Assembly: GCA_964016885.1 (NCBI GenBank)
Contig: OZ024755.1
Coordinates: 31,000,001 to 31,064,000, forward strand
Origin: Eledone cirrhosa
Taxonomy: Eukaryota
Direction of reading: 5' to 3'
DNA: 64,000 bases
Shown: in pieces, positions 55,495 to 64,000 of the stretch
Layout of the letters: every line of letters starts with the position of its first letter
Numbering within the stretch: position 1 is the first letter of the stretch
Translations under genes and position numbers: made by a program
The notes under the pieces: generated by a model
Seen by the model: only the letters and a program-made list of their open reading frames with translations
What the model was told of the DNA's origin: nothing
Databases searched by the model: none

Positions 55495-55634
55495 ATGCCT
55501 GTTTCAAATAGTGATGAACCTTACTACTGTTCGGAACAAATTAAAATCCCAATTGACTTACCAGACATTATGAAAGAATTCACTAAAGCTGCAATTCGTA
55601 CCCAGCCTAAGGATGTACTAGGGTGGTCAACTGC
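55495..55634 (+). CDS. ROPN1L: ROPN1L first coding exon (RIIa D/D domain)
   Basis: QIKIPIDLPDIMKEFTKAAIRTQPKDVLGWS; donor GC|gtaagt. Confidence 0.95.
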
Positions 55635-58600
55635 GTAAGTTTCTTCATTCATATTTATGCTTATTCATGTTTATGCTTATGCATGTGTGTGTGTGACGGC
55701 TATTTGGCAGAGCTATGAGAACGTCAGATAAAGTGCTTTGTTCTAGTCCTTCTTGCCCTCTAACGGAGTTGAAATTAACTGTATTATTAATCAATAAATA
55801 TTTCTTCCTATCTAAAGATATGTAATTTTTTTATTTATTCAGATATTTCCTAGCTCTTTATAATGGAGAGCAGCCTCCTGTGAAAGAGCGATTTGAAATA
55901 CCAAAAGCTACACAAAAAACTGATTCTGGTTTAACTATAGGTATTTTAAAGGTCTTTCATAAACAGGTAATATATTCTCTTAAATAGTTGGTATCATCAT
56001 CATCATCATCATCATCGTTTAACGTCCATCTTCCATGCTAGCATGGGTTAGACGGTTTTGTTCCATTTGATGTGGGAATGGTCGGAAGACCATATCTCGC
56101 TTGCACAGAAGTGTCTCTGGCAGGTTTTTTTTACAGCTGGATGCCCTTCCTAACACCAACCACATTTACAGTGTGGACTGGGAGCCTTTTTACCGTGTCT
56201 CCTACACGGCCACCTTACAGTGTGGACTGTTGTGTCATCGACACAGTGGACGGAACAAGAAAGGGAGGATGGGGTAGGGGTGTATATTGGGTTAAGAGGT
56301 GCCTACTGACTGTAGGTTTGTATGCAATGGCAGTCGAGGTTTCTGTACAACTGCATGGTGCCAAAGGTCTCGATCCAGTGACATTGTCTTAGAGAGGTGT
56401 AAGTGAACAAGGTCAGTTCTTATCACCTCGTCCCAGGTTTTTCTTGGTCTACCCACTCTGTAGCTTCCATCAATTTTTATTGCCCTGTACTTTTTTATAC
56501 AGCTGTCGTCCTTCATACGCATCACATATTCATACCAACGCAATCTCCTCTCCAGAACACAACATTCTAGAGAGGAGATTGGTATATTTCATATATTCCA
56601 CAATATTTTCTAATGGAAGATATCCATTTATTTTAGGTTTCATTCCATTAAATGGGTGGTCTGTATGGACCCAAAACTCCTGGTGAAGTCATAGGAGCAC
56701 CATAGTGACATACAGGATGTTTTAGGCACTTTTAAAACCTGGTGGACTACATCCCTTCTCTAGGCCAGAACAGAGCCAATTTCTTCCAAAGATGAAAGTG
56801 AGAAAGAAAGAGAGAGAGGAAGTCAGAAAGAGATATAGTGAAAGGATCGAACCCAGTACTGTACTGGTACATTTTTTTATAGACTTCAAAAGGATGAAAG
56901 GCAAAGTTGACTGTGGCAGGTTTTGAACTCAGCACAGAGAGCCTGAAAAAATACTGCAAAGCATTCTATCAAGTTCTAACAACTGTGTTAATTCACTGAA
57001 AGGGATTGTAAGATCTACTCTAAACTAATCCAGAATGAGAATTTCAAGTGGGATGTAGTGGAATCACTAACAGCGGGATTAGCTATAAACTTGTCTACTT
57101 GAATACGTTGCTGTTAGTAGTATGTAAATTATGTTACCTAGAGATTGGGTTAGCAATAGCATATTTGCTTTGTTCTGGTTAAGGTAGAGTAACTTTCAGT
57201 CTGGCCCTTAAATGAATTGATCATTCTAACTGATATGTATTGACTATAGTTCATAAGTTATTGATTAACCATAGGTGAAGTATTACAAAATTATACAGTG
57301 GAAAATAGAAAAACTGCATAAATTCTACATTATATACATTATTGAGTATGTTAAGTGTACATGTGTCTGTGGAATGCTCAGCTACTTCACATTAATTTCA
57401 CAAGTAAGCTGCTCTGTTGTTCAGATAATTGTAACAGTGGTTATTGAAAGCAATGGAGATCCAACGACTAGACTAGTCGTAGACAATGCAACAATAACTG
57501 TTAGTTCTTCTTCCACACCAGAATAAAGATTCACCAGTTAACAATAGAATCATTCCTATGAGGAGCTCAAGTGGATCACCTCAATAACAGAATAACAGAC
57601 TTAGTATTCATTATAATTGTTTCTACTTTAGGCACAAGGGCAGCAATTACCCAGTGCATTACTGGTTTTTTATTTTATCAACCCCCGTAAGGATGAAAGG
57701 CAAAGTCAACCTCGGCGGGATTTGAACTCAGATCGTAAAGGGACGTAACTATGCTGGAAAGCATGGCGTCCGACCCTCTACCGATACTGCCAATCCACCC
57801 ATCATTATAATGAATACTAGCTAGCAACTTTAATGGATATGTTGGGCAGCACCACCATAAGAATCTATGAAGTACATTGTGACCATGTGTACAGCTTGAA
57901 GAATGAAGAGGGATCAAGACTCGTAGAGTTCTGTGATGCAAATGACCCAATTGCACTTATTGCAGTGGTCCTTCAGTTTTTCTAAGCCCTGTAAAAAGAA
58001 AACAAATAAGATATCATAGCCTAGATATCCCCATGTGTCTTCTTTAATCCAATACTGTTTGTATCTTTTCAATAAAATATCCTGATCCATTGTTTCTGAT
58101 GATGAACAATTTAATGGCTGTATTTCATTGAGGTTAATACTAATACTATAGAGTTAAATAACTGCTATTGAATGTTCAATATATTGATAAGATCAATAAG
58201 GCAAAATAAACTAAGTTTATTTTGCCCTTTGAAATGACCATAAAATAGATTAATTTAAGTACCACTTTTCGACAAAACCAAATTGTAATATGATTTATAT
58301 GCCTTACCTTAATTGGCTAGACTGTTAATGTGTATATAATATGTATATAAAACATATTAAACTTAAGCCAAAATCTCGATTTGGTGGGGATATAAGTAAA
58401 CCGTCTAAGATAAGTCAGTTTTACTCATATAGTCCCCCAACCATGGTGTCTGGAATTCAAAAAACATTGGAACAACCAATATTGGAAGAATTTAAATTAT
58501 GTCTCCAGGGGAAGAATACTTTGGAATAAGAGGAGATATTAAATATAAAGCATACATACCATGTCGACTTTTTTTAGTCAGTCTAGCTTATATCCTGCGA

Positions 58601-61600
58601 AATTGAGATTTTGTCTTAAGTATATGTTTTATTACTTCTCTGAGTTGATAAGTATATTTTATCCTTTCATTAGAGACAGATAACCTTTTAATTGATATAT
58701 ATATATATATCATCATCGTTTCACATCCATTTTCCATGCTAGCATGTGTTGTATATATATCTATATAAAATCTTTATATTTCAGCTTTCTGGTAAAGAGG
58801 ATATCACTAAGGAAGAAATGGAAGAGAAATGGCAAGCGCTGTCCCTTCCAAAAGAACTTCTGGATGAAATACTTCGTGTTGGAAACCTAAATACAAAATT
58901 CTCTTGGGGAGAATTTCTTACTATTGCAACTTTAACAATTTCCATGGTAAAGTTATTATTATTTATTTACTTTGTATGATCTGAGTTCAAATCCCACCAA
59001 GGTTAACTTTGCCTTTCATCCTTACAGAGTAGATAAAATAAAGTACCAGTAATGCACTGGGTAATTACTGGCCTTGTGCCAAAAGTAGAAACAATTATTT
59101 ACTTTAGTCAACAAATTTCAATTGAATTTAAGTATTATATTTGTTGATGAACTTCCATTTTTTTCCTCAAAGTTAGCGCTATTTGTCCTATTTAATATTG
59201 GTTTTAACTGTTATGTTTAATAAAATAAATTAAATTTCCTGGTGCACAAGTGAAGTGATTCTTTACCTGTTTGGGTTCTAAATTCATAAGTTGAAACTTC
59301 AATAAGATTAATAAAGAAGCGTACTGACATAACAGAGAACAACTTCTTCTTCACCCATCTATTCCTGAGAGGGTCATCGGGTCAGAGTCCTCAAACACTC
59401 CTTCCAGCGGGTCCTGTCAGAAGCAACCATCTCCAACTGATCCGGCTGGATACTTAAGCATGACTAGCCAAGCTCATGGATGTTATCCATCTTGCTTGGG
59501 GTTTGGGAAGATAAATCTAGGGGCATGGGTGAGTGATGGAGTGTTAGGACGTGGGTGGTGTGTTATGCCATGAGGGGTGTATGGAAGGGGTGATAATATG
59601 AACAAAATATGGTACACCAAGCAAGAATATTTTATTATAAGTCATGTCTGATTGGATTATTTCTCCTTATACCAAAACCACAACATTTTTTTTTTCTTTT
59701 ATGATCTTTAAAATACAGTTTCCTACTTAAATTTCTCATTTGTCATCATCAATCGCAAATTCGCTGTTATCAACTTCAATTTTGTCATCATCAATCTCAA
59801 TTTCGTCATTATCAACTTCAATTTTTGTCACCATCATCATCGTCATTACTGTATTTATTATGAAAAGTGGAGTATTAACACCAAATGATTACTCGTTGCA
59901 GAATTGTAAACAAATATAAAGATTTTAAAGTTTTGTAAAGGATTACATCCAAGTCTTTTGTAAAGAAATGTCACACTCTGTATTACTGTAAATATACATA
60001 CATTACTGTAAATATACATACATACTCTAAATATACATACATTAACAGCTACATACTATACTAAATAGATCACAACAAAGAGACTATATAAGTATTGGAC
60101 AATATGCTGGAGCCAATATAATCCAGTAATAAAGCTCATGAAGGCAATGCTCCAGCATGGTACATCCAGTGAATAAAACCAGGAAAAGAATATATTTTTT
60201 TGTTTATCTTTTGCAGGAAATCCAATCTGCTTTAAAGAACATATCTGACATTATAACTAATGACCCAGAAGGTGGGCCCAGTCGAATAACTTATCCTGAT
60301 TTTGAATATTATTTTAATCATCTTGTACAACTGGATGGAGAAGTTCCTGCAGAAAAGGCAGACGCACTCATTTCTTATTTCAAAATGAAATCGTAAGTAA
60401 TTATTTTCTTCTATTAATGCCTTTCTCTCAACATAAGCAGAGAGAGAGAGTGTGATAGAGACTCAACCCATCTGTCCACCCTCTCCTCATTAATCTCCCC
60501 AACTCCCCAAGTGACCCCCTCCCCCCTCCTTATTCATATTCTTCTTCATCCCCACTTCCCCTGTCTACACCTATATCAACACCAAAAGAAGTGTGTGCGT
60601 GTGTCCCTTCCCATATTTTGTTTCCTTTCCCTCCCACATTTCCAATTCTCCTTCCCTGCCTCACCTATGTCAGTATGGAAGAAAGATGTACCATCTACCT
60701 CCAACCGACATACTTGATTTGCTTCCTTGTCCAACCCATGCCAACATGGAATGTCAGGCATGCCTCCCAACATAGCATTAGTTGCAACTCATTTTCTTCA
60801 AGGTCACCCCATGACCCAGCACTTCCTCTCCCATTGTGGTATGACCTCTCTCCATCTCCTTAGTGATGGTGCCACAATAAAAATGCATCCTGCACATTCT
60901 GTAAAATGGTAGTGGTGATACCACAATGAAAACGACCCAGTCTACACTCTAAGGATGGTGCCATGATGAAAATGACCCAGTCTGCACTGTAAAGTTGCAG
61001 TGCTGGTGGGTGCCATGATGAAAAACATCCAACCATAGAAACCAAGCCCAAAATGGAACATATGGGCAAGACATGGTCACCTGACTAGTCTGGCCTCAGA
61101 ACATGTCACCCCATCTAACCCATGCAAACATGGAAAATAGACATTGAAACAATGACGATGAAGATGATGATAATTATGGTGGTGGTGACATTGATCATGA
61201 ATAGTTTTAATGAACTAAAGCAGTGGAATATGTAACAATGTTTATAGATTTAATTAGATGTAACTATGAGCAGCTTTTAAGAATTGGAATATGTACAATC
61301 ATCATTCTACTTGCTTTTAAAAGACTTACAATGGAAAATTTAATTAGTGTATTTCCATTAGAGAAGAAATGAGATCTTTAAGCTTATGTTGTTAGTGGAA
61401 CACTTGTTAAAATGGTTATTTGATTAGATGATAAATAGATTAGATGTTAAACTATCTAATTCATCATCATCATCATCATATTAAGCTATCTAATTGTAAT
61501 GTGGCCATGTAGGTAACACGGTAAAAAGTTCCCAGTTCCACACAGCAAATGTGGTTGGTGTTAGGAAGGGCATCCAGCCGTAGAAAGCCTGCCAGATAGT

Positions 61601-62618
61601 CCTATACGAGCGAGACACGGTCACCCGACTAACCTTGCCTCAAGTGGGACAACTCCCGTCTAACCCATGCTAACGTGGAAGATGGACATTAAATGATGAT
61701 GATGATGATAATCAATACAAGCACAACTGCTATCATTGTTTTAAAATTACTACAGATGAATTGTTATAGCTAAATAAAGTAAATATGAGTGAAATGATTT
61801 AAGAAAGAATTATTCCAATACACAGAGACACGCTTTAACCCTTTAGCTTTTAAACCAGCCGTATCCAGCCAGAATTTTCTCACCTCCTTCTGTTCAAACT
61901 GGCTGCAACTGGCCACTCATACTGATGTTAGGGTATTCTCAAAATAAATAATATCAAAATATCATAGAATGAAAGTAACTAGATGTTTGATGAAATAGAA
62001 TGAAAGTAACTAGATGTTTGATGAAATAGAATGAAAGTAACTAGATGTTTGATGAAATAGAATGAAAGTAACTAGATGTTTGATGGAATAATATAAAAGT
62101 AATTAGATGTTTGATGAAATAGAATGAAAGTAACTAGATGTTTGATGAAATAGAATGAAAGTAACTAGGTGTTTGATGGAATAATATAAAAGTAACTAGA
62201 TGTTTGATGGAATAATATAAAAGTAATTAGATGTTTGATGAAATAGAATGAAAGTAATTAGATGTTTGATGGAATAATATAAAAGTAACTAGATGTTTGA
62301 TGGAATAATATAAAAGTAATTAGATGTTTGATGAAATAGAATGAAAGTAACTAGATGTTTGATGAAATAGAATGAAAGTAACTAGGTGTTTGATGAAATA
62401 GAATGAAAGTAATTAGATGTTTGATGAAATAGAATGAAAGTAACTAGATGTTTGATGAAATAGAATGAAAGTAACTAGGTGTTTGATGAAATAGAATGAA
62501 AGATATATAACATTTATATTATTCTCTTGAAATCTATTTCAGAAATAAGAACAATGGCTTTGTACAACCAAGTTTTTTCATGGCCAGTGACTGCCCTTCA
62601 TGGATTTTCAAAGAATGA
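55495..62618 (+). CDS. ROPN1L: Ropporin-1-like protein (RIIa dimerization/docking domain, radial spoke / AKAP-associated), 225 aa
   Basis: Exons 55495-55634, 55843-55966, 58785-58946, 60217-60392 and 62543-62618 (678 nt, GT-AG, phases 2,0,0,2). Protein MPVSNSDEPYYCSEQIKIPIDLPDIMKEFTKAAIRTQPKDVLGWSTAYFLAL...PVKERFEIPKATQKTDSGLTIGILKVFHKQ...ITNDPEGGPSRI...NNGFVQPSFFMASDCP shows hallmark ROPN1L motifs. Confidence 0.95.
55843..55966 (+). CDS. ROPN1L: ROPN1L coding exon 2
   Basis: ttattcag|A TAT TTC...AAA CAG|gtaata; YFLALYNGEQPPVKERFEIPKATQKTDSGLTIGILKVFHKQ. Confidence 0.93.
58785..58946 (+). CDS. ROPN1L: ROPN1L coding exon 3
   Basis: atttcag|CTT...TCC ATG|gtaaag; LSGKEDITKEEMEEKWQALSLPKELLDEILRVG...WGEFLTIATLTISM. 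Confidence 0.92.
60217..60392 (+). CDS. ROPN1L: ROPN1L coding exon 4
   Basis: ttttgcag|GAA...AAA TC|gtaagt; EIQSALKNISDIITNDPEGGPSRITYPDFEYYFNHLVQLDGEVP. Confidence 0.93.
61965..62501. repeat. 31-bp minisatellite, about 17 copies, in the last ROPN1L intron
   Basis: Unit tagaatgaaagtaactagatgtttgatgaaa, with a second variant taatataaaagt...gatggaa. Confidence 0.95.
62543..62618 (+). CDS. ROPN1L: ROPN1L last coding exon
   Basis: ctatttcag|A AAT AAG...GAA TGA; NKNNGFVQPSFFMASDCPSWIFKE*; AATAAA at 62655 and 62769. Confidence 0.9.
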
Positions 62619-62833
62619 TCTATTAAATAGAAGAATAACATTATATGATTTATAAATAAATTGAAGAATTTCATATAGATGTAGAATTGTTATTTTCAAT
62701 TTTAAAGTGGTACCATTATTTTTTTACACTATGAATTTTTCTTTTTTAACCTTTCTATTTTTATATTGAATAAAGTTTTTTCTTGCATGAACAATCATTT
62801 TTAATTTAAGAGGGGAATGTTGATTATAATGAC

Positions 62834-63000
62834 ACCAGCATTTAACTGGTACTATAGTGTATCAACCCCAGTATTTAACTGGTACTATAGTGTATCAACC
62901 CCAGTAATTGACTGTTACTATAGAGTATCAACCCCAGTATTTGACTGGTACTATAGTGTATCAACCCCAGTATTTAACTGGTACTATAGTGTATCAATCC
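62834..63000. repeat. 33-bp minisatellite, 5 copies
   Basis: Unit ccccagtatttaactggtactatagtgtatcaa. Confidence 0.9.
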
Positions 63001-64000
63001 CTTATTGATGCAAAATGGAAATATTCCTATAGGGGGTTATTGAATGCATGGGAGAGTGAGAATCATCCTGAAGTAGACCCAACAGAGAGCAGCCATTAGA
63101 GTTGATAGCAGATAAAGTGGAGGTAGACGAGGCAGCTGGTCCTTCAGGGTTTGTTGCTATCTGGTAGAGGAGACCACAAGATAGTCACTTGTATAATTAT
63201 CAAAATAGTGCAAGGTGTGATACTTAATGACTGGTGATATTCCTAACATTTATCTGAGGTCTGTTGTTGGAAATGTACTAAGTTAATTCTCTTGGAGGTG
63301 ACACCTAGTACACTCTGTAAAGAGGAGGGCATCCAGCCATAGAAAACTTGCCAAACGTAGGGTCATGAGGACTCTTCAGATAACCTCCCTAGTGTTGGTG
63401 ATTTACACAATCAACACAACCAGTACTCTCTCTAAAGTGGTTGGTGATGTGTAGGGCATTCAACAAAAAAAAAAAGGCTTGGAGGACTCTTCAGCTATGT
63501 CAAGGACATGACAACTTCCCTTGAGCTGGTGTCACAATAAATTGCTACCCTTGGTAGAGTGCTTGAACACACGTGAAATGCAAGCTCTTAGCCTGCCATA
63601 CCAGCACCTCTTCTTTGAGTACCAGCCAGGTCTGCTGATGACTCATTTAACCCTTGCTAGCAAGGAAAGCAGATGTTAAACGATAATGATGATGATGATG
63701 ATGACATTATGATATATCATCCAACATTCTGCACCATATGATGATAAAACACTGTCTATAAAGGACTCACACGCTCATTTTTCTCAAGGTCAACAACTGT
63801 TCAAAAACATCTTTCTTGTGTGGATCCAATGAGGTCAGTTTTTGCTAATTCTTCTCAAAGTCGTCTAACCTATACTAGCATGGAAAAATGGACGTTAACC
63901 ATTTAGCATCCAAACCAGCCGTATCTGGCCAGAATTCTCTCACCTCTTTCTGTTCAAACTAGCAGTAACTGGCTGTTCATACTGTTAAGGTATTGTTTTC

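Overview
AT-rich, intron-rich, repeat-dense animal DNA; the SINE, LINE and microsatellite content suggests an octopod cephalopod (inference). I assembled three spliced genes by hand from GT-AG sites and exon phases. (1) The 5' part of ADHFE1 (hydroxyacid-oxoacid transhydrogenase) on the minus strand: 6 coding exons, 21251->1937, continuing past the left edge. (2) Head-to-head with it, a complete 9-exon, 586-aa multi-pass membrane protein gene (24385-44603, +). Its topology, C-terminal motif and phase-0 3' introns point to the gustatory-receptor-like / DUF3537 / 7TM ion channel superfamily. (3) A complete ROPN1L-like gene (55495-62618, +) with an RFX X-box at its putative promoter. Introns and intergenic DNA contain RTE LINEs with a PHD finger inside the RT, remnants of CRE-like, R4/Dong-like, CR1, Penelope, Gypsy and Helitron elements, several tRNA-derived SINE families, a TTAA piggyBac-type MITE family and TE-derived minisatellites. 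There are also at least five intact-core minimal hammerhead ribozyme motifs, mostly in (TA)n-associated Penelope-like remnants. Most ORFs in the supplied track are repeat or antisense artefacts.
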